Assembly (NCBI RefSeq): GCF_020745735.1
Contig: NC_083417.1
Span: 63,364,001 to 63,428,000, forward strand
Reading direction: 5' to 3'
DNA: 64,000 nt
DNA from: Hemiscyllium ocellatum
Taxonomy: Eukaryota
In this document: positions 38,110 to 52,200 of the stretch, piece after piece
Position numbering within the stretch: the stretch's first letter is position 1
How the letters are laid out: each line of letters starts with the position of its first letter
Translations under genes and position numbers: made by a program
Notes under the pieces: model-generated
Seen by the model: only the letters and a program-made list of their open reading frames with translations
Databases searched by the model: none
What the model was told of the DNA's origin: nothing

Positions 38110-38820
38110 AGCTTGATGTTAATGGTTGAGTGAGGGATATGGCGGACCATGAAGGTTCAGATTGTGCTGCAGTACAATTCTGCTGTTGCTGGTGGCGCTC
38201 GATTACCTACAAATATACAGTCTTAAGTCGGTCCCATTCTGTACATTGATTGTGGCACACAACATGATCGAATGTATTCTCAATTTGAGTCAGAACATCT
38301 TCCACTCAATGACTGTGAAGTCGTCACTCTTGATGAAACTGTCAGCGACAGATACACGTGCAATTGACGAATTAGTGACGGTGAGGTCAAGCATGCTTTT
38401 TGCCTTCTTGTTGTTTCTCAAATCACCTGCAACAGCCCCAGTCTACCAGCTATGTCCTTTAGGACCCGACAAGCTTGAACAGTAGTGCTGCTGCAGAGCC
38501 ACTCGTGGTGATGAACATTGTAACCCTCCCCACCAGGAATAAATTTTTGCCCTTGCCATCCTCAGTGCTTCCTCCAAGTATTGTTCAATATGGAGGACCA
38601 CTAATTCATCCGTCAAGGGAGGATAGTATGTGATAATTAACAGAAGGTTTCCATGTCGATGTTTAACCTGAAGCACTAAGATTTTATGGGGTCTGGAGTC
38701 GATGTTGAGGACTCCCAATGCAATTCCACACTGACTGCGTTCCACAATGCCACTTGTGGTGGGCCTGCCCTGCCAAAATATTTTACAAGTGTAGTCGCTA
38801 TTGTCATGAGCTGTTAACAA
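38110..38820 (-). mobile_element. L2/CR1-group LINE endonuclease fragment
   Basis: Translation ..GVLNIDSRPH..GNLLLIITYYPP..GG followed by a DFN-like remnant. Confidence 0.6.
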
Positions 38821-39620
38821 TTTCTGTATGGTTCAGACCCACAATTAAAGCAGATAGTGTTCAGTTTTTTAAAGCTTTATTTGGCCAAGGAATAATGGTG
38901 AGCTCAAATGCAGAGAAAATCTTCCTACTCCTCCAAATGTTTTGTGAGATGTTTTCACCATCTTTTTCTTATTGAACGAATACAGTGTGCAAAAAATAAA
39001 TGGTGTTTTTGTTACTAACATTTAAACTTCATTTCTTTAATATAGGAATTATTATTCATTTCGAGAATGCAATAAAGTCAAACATTATATTCTGGACTCG
39101 ATAATTCCAGTAGATGGAGCAAATGTGAATGTATTAATCATGTACACATGATTTCAAGCTGCCGGTATCTAGAAATTCAATTCTGTACTTGATTCCACAA
39201 TGACCTCACAGTGCTCGACATTTCACTGGGCACCAATAAAGTTCATTGGTAGTTGCAGGAACAGCACCTTTTGTTCTGTTAGGAATTTTGCAGCTTTCTG
39301 GACTTAACACATAGTTTAACTATTCTTGAAAACAATCTTGCATTTTATTACTGCTTTTTTCCAGGAGCGTACCTGCTCAATGGTACATACTCTGTTCATT
39401 ATTTCTTTTTGCCCATCGCTACTCTCTTTGGCTGTGCATGTGTAAGTCCCCAATCTTTCCTCCTCTTCTGTGTTCCACCTATCCTGGAGCTCCCTTTTCA
39501 CTATTTTCCATTTTCTGTCTCCAATTGTTACACTTCTAAACTTTACAAAGTTCAAGTCAAAGATCCCAGTCCTTGCAGCCCACTCGGACTTTTATTCTAC
39601 ATCAGACAACCTACATCCAG

Positions 39621-41820
39621 AGTAAAAAGTGAGGTCTGCAGATGCTGGAGATCAGAGCTGAAAATGTGTTGCTGGTTAAAGCAGAGCAGGTTAGGCAGCA
39701 TCCAAGGAACAGGAAATTCGACGTTTCGGGCCAGAACCCTTCATCAGGAATGAGGAGAGAGTGCCAGGCAGGCTAAGATAAAAGGTAGGGAGGAGGGACT
39801 TGGGGGAGGGGCGATGGAGATGTGATAGGTGGAAGGAGGTCAAGGTGAGGGTGATAGGCCGGAGTGGGGTGGAGGCGGGGAGGTCAGGAAGAGGATTGCA
39901 GGTTAAGAGGGCGGTGCTGAGTTCAAGGGAATCGACTGAGACAAGGTGGGGGGAGGGGAAATGAGGAAACTGGAGAAATCTGAGTTCATCCCTTGTGGTT
40001 GGAGGGTTCCCAGGCGGAAGATGAGGCGCTCTTCCTCCAACCGTCGTGTTGTTATGTTCTGACGATGGAGGAGTCCAAGGACCTGCATGTCTTCGGTGAA
40101 GTGAGAGGGAGAGTTAAAGTGTTGAGCCACGGGGTGGTTGGTTTGGTTGGTCCGGGTGTCCCAGAGATGTTCCCTGAAGCGTTCTGCAAGGAGGCAGCCC
40201 GTCTCCCCAATATAGAGGAGGCCACATCGGGTGCAGTGGATGTAATAGATGATGTGTGTGGAGGTGCAGGTGAATTTGTGGCGGATATGGAAGGATCCCT
40301 TGGGGCCTTGGAGAGAAGTAAGGGAGGAGGTGTGGGCACAAGTTTTGCATTTCCTGCGGTTGCAGGAGCAGGTGCCGGGAGTGGAGGTTGGGTTGGTGGG
40401 GGGTGTGGACCTGACGAGGGAGTCACGAAGGGAGTGGTCTTTGCGGAACGCTGATAGGGGAGGGGAGGGAAATATATCCCTGGTGGTGGGGTCCGTTTGG
40501 AGTTGGCAGAAATGACGGCGGATGATACGCTGTATACGGAGGTTGGTGGGGTGGTAGGTGAGAACCAGTGGGGTTCTGTCTTGGTGGCGGTTGGATGGGC
40601 GGGGCTCAAGGGTGGAGGAGCGGGAAGTGGAGGAGATGTGGTTGAGGGCATCGTCGATCACGTCTGGGGGGAATCTGCGGTCCTTGAAGAAGGAGGCCAT
40701 CTGGGCTGTACGGTATTGGAACTGGTCCTCCTGGGAGCAGATGCGGCGGAGACGAAGGAATTGGGAATATGGGATGGAGTTTTCACAGGGGGCAGGGTGG
40801 GAGGAGGTGTAGTCCAGTTAGCTGTGGGAGTCAGTCGGTTTATAGTAGATGTCTGTGTTTAGTCGGTCGTCCGAGATAGAAATGGAAAGGTCTAGGAAGG
40901 GGAGGGAGGAGACTGAGACAGTCCAGGTGAATTTGTGGTCGGGATGGAAGGTGTTGGTAAAGTTGATGAACTGTTCAACCTCCTCGTGGGAGCACGAGGC
41001 AGCGCCGATACAGTCTTCGATGTAGCGGAGGAAAAGGTGGGGGGTGGTGCCAGTGTAGTTGCGGAAGATGGACTGTTCCACATATCCTACAACGAGGCAG
41101 GCATAGCTGGGGCCCATGCGGGTGCCCATGGCAACTCGATTAGTTTGGAGGAAGTGGGAGGATTGGAAAGAGAAGTTATTCAGGGTGAGGACCAGTTCAG
41201 TCAGTCGATGGAGGGTGTCAGTGGAAGGGTACTGGTTGGTGCGGCGGGAAAGGAAGAAGCGGAGAGCTTTGAGTCCTTCGTGATGAGGGATGGAGGTGTA
41301 CAGGGACTGGATGTCCATCATGAAGATAAGGCGTTGGAGACCGGGGAAGCGAAAATCATGGAGGAGATGGAGGGCGTGGGTGGTGTCCCGAACGTAGGTG
41401 GCGAGTTCTTGGACTAAAGGGGACAGAACTGTGTCAAGGTACGTGGAGATGAGTTCGGTGGGGCAGGAACAGGCTGAAACAATGGGTCAGCCGGGGCAGT
41501 CAGGTTTGTAGATTTTGGGCAGGAGGTAGAAACGAGCGGTGCGGGGTTGTGGGACTATGAGGTTGGAGGCGGTGGATGGGAGATCCCCTGAGGTGATGAG
41601 GTTGTGGATGGTCTCGGAGATGATTGTTTGGTGGTGGGAGGTGGGGTCATGGTCAAGGGGGCAGTAGGAGGAGGCGTCCACGAGCTGGCGTTTGGCCTCA
41701 GCGGTATAAAGGTCGGTGCGCCCAACTACTACCGCGCCTCCCTTGTCTGCCGGTTTGATGGTGAGGTTGGGTTTGGAGCGGAGGGAGTGGAGGGCTGCAC
41801 GTTCTGAGGATGAGAGACTC
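39621..41820 (-). mobile_element. Penelope-like element (RT plus GIY-YIG endonuclease, 3' pLTR), inactivated
   Basis: TIKPADKGGAVV, MDIQSLYT, VAMGTRMGPSYA, YIED (YIDD mutated), IYYIHC..LYIGETG..RFREH; premature stops at 41487 and 40818. Confidence 0.95.
39716..39751 (-). ncRNA. Minimal type I hammerhead ribozyme motif in the Penelope 3' pLTR
   Basis: attc-CTGATGA-a-GGG(ttctgg)CCC-GAAA-CGT-C-gaat: 4-bp stem I, stem II, palindromic ACGU helix III, GUC cleavage triplet. Confidence 0.7.
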
Positions 41821-42148
41821 GACCTCTCACCTAACCAACTCGACCTGTCCACCCCTCTCACCTAACCGGCTCGACCTGTCCACCCTTCTCACCTAACCGA
41901 CTCGACCTGTCCACTCCTCTCACCCTACCGCCGCGACATTAACCGACGCGACCTGTCCACCCCTCTCATCCATTCCAATCTCTCACCCTCAGAACGTGCA
42001 GCCCTCCACTCCCTCCGCTCCAACACCAACCTCACCATCAAACCGGCAGACAAGGGAGGCGCGGTAGTAGTTTGGCACACCGACCTTTATACCGCTGAAG
42101 CCAAACGCCAGCTCGCGGATGCCTCCTCCTATTGCCCCCTTGACCATG
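41818..42148 (+). repeat. Inverted copy of the Penelope 5' segment preceded by 31-bp tandem repeats
   Basis: ctcgacctgtccacccctctcacctaaccgg x3 plus a partial unit; 41980-42148 is the inverse of 41650-41820. Confidence 0.9.
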
Positions 42149-45029
42149 CTACAAAGAACAACTTCTGGTGTTCACACCAACATAGTTCAGGAATTGTACT
42201 TATAGATTTTCTAATTGCTGGGCACGCCACTCATCAGGTTGCTACTTGTTTTTCGTATTTCTTTACACTACAACTGTTGTCACAACTTCAAAAGTATTTC
42301 ATGGTTGTGAAGACTTTGGAGAGTGTGGCATGTGTATTTAAATCACTTCTTTTATCGACTGCTAATAATAAGATTTTGGAATGAATTGATCTGTTTCCAT
42401 GTTACTTCTGGCCCAATCAACGATATTTCAAAAGAGAGTCAATGAAGTGTTGCATGAGAATAAAACACACATATTTCACCAATTTGATATACCAGACATA
42501 TGTGAAATTGATTGGAATTTGGCATTTCCCGTGGACTCTTGCACCTTACAGAACTCAATGCACATGAAACACATTATGATGAAGGAATAGTCACAAGACT
42601 ATAGGATTTTTCTCCTCATCGTCCCCATTTGCCAATGTAAATCCAGAGCCAGGCCTTTAATGGAATTCAGAACATTCAGTGAGAGTTCCACATCTGATTC
42701 GCGGTATTCCAGTGACCTGAAATCACAACACTTGACACAGTAGCCCCAGGTCTTTGGCAACCATCAAGATGCTTGGATACATTAATAAAGAGTGGCTATC
42801 CAAGCATACATTAATAACGAATGGCTATCAGTTTCCTTTTGCACAAAACAACTGTTTCAATGAAGATGACAGGCAAGAACCTAATAAAGTGACTCCATGT
42901 CATGTTGCTTGTGTATTGCTGAGTAGTCGGGGTCGTGATGTATTTAGAGATAATTCACAGGACCAATGTTGTCCTGTGAAATTCAGAAAGATGTGCATAA
43001 AAAAGATGTTTAACATAATATCTCATCACATTGGTTCTGTCCTGGCTAGCATTCATCTCTCAACCAACCTCACTGAAGTATGTTATCTATTCATTATAAA
43101 GTTTTTGTCCGTGGAGTATTTTTATATGTAGCATGTGTAACATGTTTCCAATATGACAAATTTAGACAGGTGGAACTTGTCAAATTGGCTGTAGAGCACT
43201 TTGGTAGCTCAATGCACTGCACGAAATTAAGGTCACTGAGAAATTTAGTGGCCAGTGGCAAACAATGCCCTTTTCAGAGGACAATGCTAATCTCCCAGCT
43301 ATTATTTTCTTTCCTTACCCCTGCACCACCGCCTAACTGTTCTGATGCTTAGTTTCCCCAGCACCCATGGTGTATTATTTATATTCCACCATCAGGAAGA
43401 AAGGGAACACCCGAGTGGTCAGTGACGAACAATGCCCTTTGGGTAGCTTCATTGGAGGTATGGTTAATCATATTTGAACTAATTACCAATTATTGGGGTT
43501 TACTTTCCATTCTCCCTTTGGTAGATTCGAAATCTGACTTCTGTTCCTATAAATGGAAGTGTAAGGCAACATGAAACACTACTGACAAGACCTCTCATGT
43601 AAACGACCCAGACTGAAGGTATTAAACTAAGGACAAACTCAGAATGACAATTGATTGAGCTGATATCAGGGCAATGCCTTCACATATTGTCTTTCAGGTA
43701 ATGGCTTCGCATATTGCACGTGGAGGAATCGCTAAACATAGACATCCCAGAACTTTTGGAGAAATATTTGGTTGATATATGCGAAATCAAAAATAAATTT
43801 CTTAAATTATACTTCTTCCGAATGTCAAAAAGCTAACATGAGTGCGGTTTTAACTCGCACATCCTGAGATGCACGCAATGTCTTACCATAAGTGTTCCCA
43901 TTAGTGTATTGGTTGTGATGACATTCTGTTCTGCAAGTGGTTGCAATGATTAGCTAAGTGAAGAAGAAATGAGCTAGAGTTCTGATGTATTTTAGGAGGT
44001 AATTTGCAAGAGTTCACATTTGATCTGCAATAATTACTTCATAGAAAAAGAATACTGAAAATAAATTCGTCTTCGGCCAAAACGTCTGAATAGATTAAGT
44101 GACATATGAGAAGAATGTAAAAGGAAAAGGACGAATTGAGTCGAGTAAACCATAAGTAAATAAAGACAACTATACGCGTGCACACTCATGCATGTAACAA
44201 GAAAACGAAAATATAACACATGTCGAAATTATCATCAGGCCTTTTATTACCATATTTTTAAACCACTGAGCAACACCAGATGCTGCTGCTTGATCAAACA
44301 GCAGCCGTTAAAAGGAAGAGAGAGGCAGATTTTTTTTTTGTTTTGAATTCCAGAGCTTTGCAACTGTGCAGCTCACGCCAGATCCACTAATGATGAAAAT
44401 TAGAGATGGGCAAGCGATCAGAATTAGAACGAGAACAAAATTTAGTGTGATTGCAGAACAGAGATGACCATTATAAAATAAAAACATTGCACAGTCATTA
44501 GTCAATGTAGGTAAACCAGCAAGGGGATGATGTCTGAATCGGAATTAGCAGAGTTACTGGCACATGTACGCAGATATACTTAGACATGGGCAGTCGTACA
44601 CTTATTCCCATACTGGTGTAAGTATGCACGTATCCAAATTCACACAGTCATAACTACATATATACACAGAGCAGACCAAATACAATGAATTGAGAATGGA
44701 ATTGAAGATGAAATAATACTGGCAAAGACAGTACAAGAAGTGAAAGGCTGATGCAATAAAATTGTGGTTAAGTGTCTTCTACTAGCCTTTAACTAGCCCA
44801 ACAGATGGCAAAATGTTTTGTGGCAGCTCTTGGCGCAAATCAGCGATTTATACTCTGAGACATCATGCAAAACAAGAGAATGTAATGAATATTTTGACTG
44901 ATGTTTATCAAAGTAGATGATGCAAACCAAGGATATATAGAAGTGAAGAGACTGGAAGAAATAAATTGTGCAAAAATGTCTGACCAGGATGTATTGGAAA
45001 TGCTGCTTGCCCTCAGAGTGGATAGGTTG

Positions 45030-45980
45030 CTTGGTTTAAATGGCTTGCTTCGTGGAGCATAAATAGAAGTGAGGGTGGACATAACAGAAGAGATTGGTAT
45101 AATCTTCCAAACTTCCTAAGAAGAGGTGAGGGTGGTGGGCGTAGCAGCAACACAATTGGACAACAACAACGTTCAGTCACTTCCATCTCAACCCATGATC
45201 CACACCCAATGCCATGTGCCACGACAAGCACACTCTCAACCTCTCGCTTCATTAGCATTACGTGCCACTCTCCTAATCCCCAGTTCCATTTTATTCTTCC
45301 TTTCAGGTATTAAGGAACACAAGCTCCAAAAGCTAACCGACACCATGCCCTTCTGGATTCTTCCGTCTACTCCTTTCCTTTGACTTTATTCCATCTTCTA
45401 ATTCCACAGCTTGCTCTGTATCCATCTGCCCTGAGTATTGTCTATACTAACAATGGTCAGTTACCTTGAAAGGCTGATATGCACTGGAGAGTGGTGTCAA
45501 AATCATGGGCTTAATTCCCGCATTGGGTGGGGTTACAATGAAGGATTGTCCTTCTCAACCTCTGCACTTGCCTGATGTGTGGAGACCCTCAGGTTGAAAC
45601 AGCGTCTGTCATCTCTGTCTAATGAGAAGGCAACCTGATACTCTGATAAGACTAAGATGACTACTTTTTGCACTCTCTGACCTCCCCTTCAGATGCCGAA
45701 CAATCACTACTGAGCAAAGCATTTCATTTCTCCCTTTCGATCCTCTTATCTCAATGAATTTCAGGCAAACCATGACGTTGAACTCTGGGGCAGGATTCCA
45801 CATGATGTTCCATGGATTCTTTCACCCACATTGAAGCGCCCCCTCCTCTCAGTCTCTTAGCTTGATTTCTTCATTGAGAATTGTCAATTTGACAGTGATT
45901 GCGTTATTTTCTCTACTTCCCTTACATACTCTAACCTGTGTCCCTCTGAATTTGCTGCACTCAATTCTCTCAATTCAAAT
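45030..45980 (+). mobile_element. Degenerate Penelope-like fragments
   Basis: Includes a remnant LPFSDAE..LLSKAFHF..NEF..HDVEL typical of the Penelope ORF N-terminal region. Confidence 0.4.
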
Positions 45981-46164
45981 AGATAGATAATGGAATCAAA
46001 GAATATGGCGAAACGGCAGGAAAGTGGAGATGAAGTCTATTAGATAGACCATAACATCATTGTAGGTGAAGCAGACTTATGGACTGAATGGCTTACTTCT
46101 GCTCCAGTGTATGCAAAGGGCATATCTTTTATGTCTTTCACTCTGAGCACCCTCTTTCCCTTTC

Positions 46165-46172
46165 TCTCTTTG

Positions 46173-46208
<36 letters not shown>

Positions 46209-46250
46209 ACACACACGCACACACACATGCACATACACCCACCCACACAA
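46165..46250 (+). repeat. Compound (CT)n/(CA)n microsatellite
   Basis: Directly visible in the sequence. Confidence 0.9.
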
Positions 46251-46559
46251 GCACGTCATTGTCATTAAAAATCATTTTCCTGCCCCCTTCAATTCATAAA
46301 ACGAGTCATACAGGACTCATAACGTTAATACCGTTCCTCCTTCCATACAAACTGCCAGGCATGCTGTGTTTCTTCTATGATTTGTCAACTGCTAATCAAG
46401 TTATCTACCAGCCGTCACTTTCTTGCTTCTTTTTCAGTTGACGTACAATCAGCAACTTCTTGCGTTCAGTGGCTGATTATCATGCTAGTCACACTGCAAA
46501 AATATAATCTATGTTCTGCCTAGTCAGACTTAACTCTGAGATCTGCTTTGTTCTGTATT

Positions 46560-49230
46560 GTAATCAGCTTGGATATAAATGAAGTGTGGGTCACCTGGGG
46601 CAGAGTTCTGTCGAATTAAAAAGGGATCTGTGAATCATTAAATAACAAGTGCACAGAACTGGAAATACCAGTTTTGAAATTTATTGCACAGACTGGAATG
46701 TCAAAATAGCTTTGACTGCTGTTCTGGGAGTAGAAAAACGTAATTGAAGACTGCTTGAAATCTTTGACTGATACTGTACTGAGATTATAGCAAATAAGTT
46801 GGGAGTAGAACATAAAAGTGGAATCTGTTAAAGTTGAAATGTTTAAAGATTTTACCCAACAATTAGAACTAAATGAATGGAAAACTGCATTTGATATGTT
46901 ATCATTGATTTAAAATTCAACTAGAATTGAAAAAAAAGAAAAAGAAATGAAAGCAGCAATTGAAAAGATGAGAATGCAGGAAAAAATGGAAAGGGAGAAA
47001 GACAACAAAAAATGAAAATTAAATTGAATGGAACAAAGGAAAAAAAATATAATGAGAAATGGACTTTTAAAATATTATCAATAAATAGACATCAGAATTT
47101 TTTAAAAAAAGTATAGGACTTGGCTACAGAAAAGTTAAGTATAATTCAGGAAAGAGTACATAGGAGCTCAAAAGAGGATTCTTTTCCATTAAGGGATTTG
47201 ATTTAACTAAAAATGTGCATTAGTTCCTAAATTTATAGAGCATGGAGTGGAAAGATATTTCATCTCATTTCAAAAGATAGCCTGAAAGATGAAATGACAG
47301 AAAGATACTTGGGCCTGAATGTTACAGAATATTTGTATAAGTATAACTAAAAAATAAAGTTGCGCCAGTTTGTTAGAACAACAATCTTCAGAGCATAAAC
47401 CTTTTAAAAAAGCCTAAAAGTATTAATTAATATGTCAGGTGATTAGAAACAAACCTAATCAGCAATTTGTAGAAGTTGTACGAAAAGAAATGCATTCGAA
47501 TTGGTACTGTATCCCATTGAAGTTAGAGAAAAAAATTGACAACTCAAAGTAAACCATAGCTATGGAATTCAAAGTAATATTTCAACAATTAAGAGTTACC
47601 TAGATGAGCTTCAAGTATCAAAGTTCTGAGAATGGCAATTTTGGCAGGTTCCCATGAGATTGCACACAGTCAGTTACTTGTGGGGTATTACCCATATGGA
47701 AATCAGCGAGGAAGTTGAAAGAAAATATTTATTTGGGTTGGAAAATATGTTAGTTTATGGAAATAAACAGAAGAATTCCAAACAAGCTAGGAAAAAGGCT
47801 GGAATACAACTGCGATAGAAAAAAAATTATATGTATCCAGTATAATAAGACAGAACATCCTAACGTTGAAATGGGACACTAACTACAGAAATATGAGCTT
47901 TAGAGATCCTTAAATAAGACAACATCAGGAAAGGAAATGAGCACTAAAACTGTAGCAGTGGTATAAGTGGAGAATGTTGCATTGTAATCCAGTAGGATGG
48001 AATAAAATAACACAGTTCATTAATGGATGTTTTTATTTGATACTCTAATACAAAATCAGGCGATTAGATGTTCCAGATAGTTTATTTCAAAGAGAGATGT
48101 ATTTCATTGGTTTTCTAAGAAAAGGAGGCAAACCAGGCACGATATTGAAAGACAACAGAGGGCAGAAATAACTGTTGCTCTATACAAAGTGCACAATGTC
48201 ATTCTATTATCTTGAATTTATTTAGAATATAAAAAAATGTAATCAGTGTAGTTTAATTAATCCAAATTGAAACAACTGATTTCATCTGAGGCAATGATAT
48301 GACTATTGTAAGAGATCATATAGTTTCCGTATTTCCATGGACAAATTGAAACAAATATGGACTGTAATATAACTGAAATACTAGGAGAGGTTTTCCATTT
48401 GCATATTAAGAACATTGGAAGTAAAATCCCTCATGTAATTCCCCATTCTTAAAACAAACCGAATTTCTTGAAATTTTTATGAATCTATGATTTATAATGG
48501 ACATGTGTGCCTAACATCAGCACAATAGCTACACCTTTAGTAGAATTGTTACAAAAACAGGGAAAAACTGATAAAGTGTTATGGACCAGGCCAGAGCCCC
48601 TCAAAACATTTCAAGAATGTAGTCCAGACCATTTGCTAATTGCTAATTGTTTTAAACAGGTGTAACATGGATATTCCAGGAGGGATGCATCTGGTCAAAT
48701 CTTTTAGTTTTGAACATATCCGAATTTATTTACATGATTACTGAATGAAACACAAACAAAAGTGAATAGAATGCCGAATAACAACCTATCCAAAACGCAA
48801 CAGATCAGCTCAAATTAATCATGCTGTCCCAAATATTTGCAACAGCCCCCATAAACGTCCCTTGGCACAAAAGGTAAAATCAAAAGCAGGGTTTTACACG
48901 GGAGCTGTCAGAGAGAGAGGAGGAACAGTCTGAACCTGCTTCTTTGGGTCCAGCATTTTTTACAATTGCCTGACTGCTTTCAGTGAATAGCCAGACCAAA
49001 CCAAACCCAGAGTAAAGCTGAGCTGGAGAACCGGTCACTCCTCTTTCATTATACAAGTGTGGTTTGTTAACTTGAAAGCCTTTTGTCTGAGGCAGTATCT
49101 GTTAGGTATAATCAAATTAGTACTGAAACCCTTCAAACGTAGACGTTTTTGAGTCTGCATCTTTGAGGACCTCTCTGAAAAAAAGAAACCAAGGACACCA
49201 CAACATTGTTAAAGGACCAGCATCATCACG
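46560..49230 (+). mobile_element. Degenerate Gypsy LTR retrotransposon (gag remnant, LTR about 48577-49230)
   Basis: 47240 region translates VERYFISFQKIA*KMK*..W..MLQ, like fish Gypsy gag; AT-rich with many stops; LTR-like block starts TGTTATGGACC. Confidence 0.55.
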
Positions 49231-52200
49231 TCAGCAAAGTGCGCATTATTACTTGAGAAGTTGATGATGATGTTAACAAATGAATACACGTTCCCCCCCT
49301 TTCAATAAAGTGTTCCAAAATGAAAATTAATGCTATTGACTCTGCAATAGGTGCAGACGTTTGACGAGGTGGTGAATTTGTCAAGAGAGAAGATCGTGGG
49401 ACACTTTTTAAAAAAGCTATCCGAAAAAGTATTCAACATTCGAAAAGGAAACGTTGTGATTATTGTTGACTTTTTAAAAATTTAACGTCAATGTCCATCA
49501 TGGATGCGAAAAATCACTAAGATATACTGACTGCATTCTGTTAGCTTTTGTCAGCGAAGTTTTGTCTTGAAATCCAAATCATTCTGATGGAGTGTATTGA
49601 ACCAACTATTACAATATTGCTGGAAACAAAAAACGTAACAGCGAACACATTATCAAGAATGTGATTGAGATGAAATCGTTTCAGAATTTGGAAAGTAGAT
49701 GAAAATACGTTGCTTAAGTTATGTGTAAGGAATGGGTGAGGGCGAATGTAATTTTATTGTGTTGTTTTGTGTCTGTGCTACATTTATCTGACTTCGTTCC
49801 ATCAAGAGGAGGAAAATGAATTGCATTCAATTTTGCCAAGGGGCCTTTGATGATTTAAAAAGTTAGAATCATCACAGACTGTATCAATTCAAGGAAAACA
49901 TCCAGTGTGATTTTTTTTGATGACAAAGATAATTTGCATATTCAGTTTGCATCACGAAATGGAACTAAACAAAAAAAAACTCTTGCTCCATTGATTTTAC
50001 TTAGAGAATGAGAAATCTGTGACATCCTGAGTTGCACATCAATGTAGTTTTGAACTTATTTGGGCCAATGGCGTCCGGTAGAACATTATATATGGCAGAG
50101 GCTGGGTGTCGCTTAGAAATTGAGAATCCGGGCAGTCTTCATCAAAACAAGTGCGCGGAAGATTACTGAACAACAAATGTTAACTTCGCGTTCTTCTCAC
50201 AGATGCTGCCAGACCTGCTGAGGTTTGACAGCAATTTCTGTTTTTGTGACAGATCTCCAGCATCTATGGTTCTTTGATTTATTTAACTAGCGCTGCTCTG
50301 GATAGGTGTTTCTTTTTTTTTACCAACTTGCGTTAAAAATGATGCATGCAATTATAACTTACGATATATTGTCTGTTACCGTGTTTTACTATCTCGAGAT
50401 CTCTTTGTATAGGTAGCGACTAGAAAAGTTTGTAGTATTCTGTTAATATTTGGAATGATAGCAAGCATGGCTTATGTTTAGATCTTGTGCCCCGCAGCAA
50501 GACATTACAGGTCGCTGGCTGTAGCTTTGAGAAACCACAAGAGGTATTAGATGGCGGCTTACACACTTTAATTCCTGTTGCCCACCCCTCACTCCTGCAA
50601 ACCACTCACCCTTCTAGGTAAACAGGCATTCCCGCTTTGAAGCAAAGAATTGATGCATGCAGACTTATGGAATTTCAAAAACAGTGGACCTATCACCACC
50701 ACCTACCAAAATGCCCCATAATGTTTTGTCTGAATGACATATCGCATACCCTCACCCCCATTTTATTGGTTCTGATATACTACCAGAAAACAGGTCAGAA
50801 TTTATATCTTGTTTATAGAGGAACGTCAACGGTACTTCGGCCAATCAAATTTTTGAACACAATTAAAAATTTGTTGACTCGCTGTCTCTAAATTCCTGTA
50901 AAGTTTGTGGAGGATGAACCTGGGCACGTGCCTTGTTCCTGAAGTCTCTGAACCATTTTCTGTTCCCAAATGTTTATTAGACGTTAAAGAAATTGAACTC
51001 CAAAGCTAAAACCATTGGTGTATCTTTGTGCTCTGCTCCATTCTGCAAAAAGTGCTTCTTAACAGAAGCCTTGTCGAACTCAGCACACTGGCCCATATTA
51101 CACCATCACAATGAAAACTGCTCAAATCTGGACGACAGCCAGACGGACATCCGCCAGCATTCATATTGACAGCATTGGACCTCTGGGATTGGGGTCAAAC
51201 TGGAAATCTTCTTGAGCAACAAAAACTAAATTGTTTCTGTTTTTCAGTAGGTTATTTCTCCAACTCACTCTGTCTTTTATGGTGGAGGTTTGATTTAAAA
51301 TAATGCTTGGGGACCATACTTGATTTTCTATTTCGTTTTTGATACAATTTGATTTACAATTTTTTGACAGTGGAATAGTCGTTTGGCTTCTATTGCATTT
51401 TAGGAATGTTTCGGCTAAAGGGGAGAACTTGTTTATATCCCCGTGTCTATTAATTTTGGATGTTTTTCCATTGAAGACGTCGGACATTCAACTCGAATAA
51501 ATAAAGAAACAGTTTTGACGCAAGTTGTGCAGTTCTGGATGCAGTGGCATTTCTCTTGCCTACCTATCCTGTGACGTAGAAGACCAAATAGGAAATCATG
51601 TTCAGCGAACGACTGCTTTTGGTCCAACAGAACCAGTCTCCCAACAGAGTTTGAATTGTTTTTGTGAAACTGAACAAACTATCTTCAAACTAAATTTCAA
51701 TGTTGAAAACACAAACAAGTGCACATTTGAAAACCAGAACACTTGGCCTGAACATAGTTTTCAACTTGAGACAAGACGAAAATGGTTTCGGAAACTTTGC
51801 TCTGTGCGTGGAAAGCCTCCCGACATTGGATTGTTTTTTTAATGGATTGGCCAACAATTCTTCCATGTAGCATTTCCCAATAAAGCAGATATTCGAGGTA
51901 GTTGGTTCTTAGGCTGACTGGAATGAATTATTATAGAGATTGGAGCACGTTTTATGATTCACAGCTAAATATTCCGGACCTACATCCATTAATATTCCCT
52001 CACCTTCCCAACATATTTAAATTCTCAGCTTCTTGGCATTCTTTGGCACCTTTACTTCCGCATATAATGGGGAATTTTCTTGCTGTTTAGGTTTTGATGC
52101 TCTCTTGGAATCAGCTATTTGCAGGGTTGCATAAGTAAGCTTGTTATCTTCATTTCCTTGCTTGGTCTGTGAAAGGAACATTTTTTTCACTCGTTAGTCC

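Noticed and set aside
39993-41807. Long plus-strand and alternate-frame ORFs over the Penelope element
   Set aside because: Shadow ORFs caused by the C-rich strand bias of the element.
41818-41970. 31-bp repeats as a CRISPR-like array
   Set aside because: No unique spacers; contiguous tandem units derived from the retroelement in a eukaryotic genome.
44308-44505. Hydrophobic minus-strand ORF resembling a TM or leader
   Set aside because: Explained by a pyrimidine-rich strand; no suitable acceptor and no similarity to the paralog exons.
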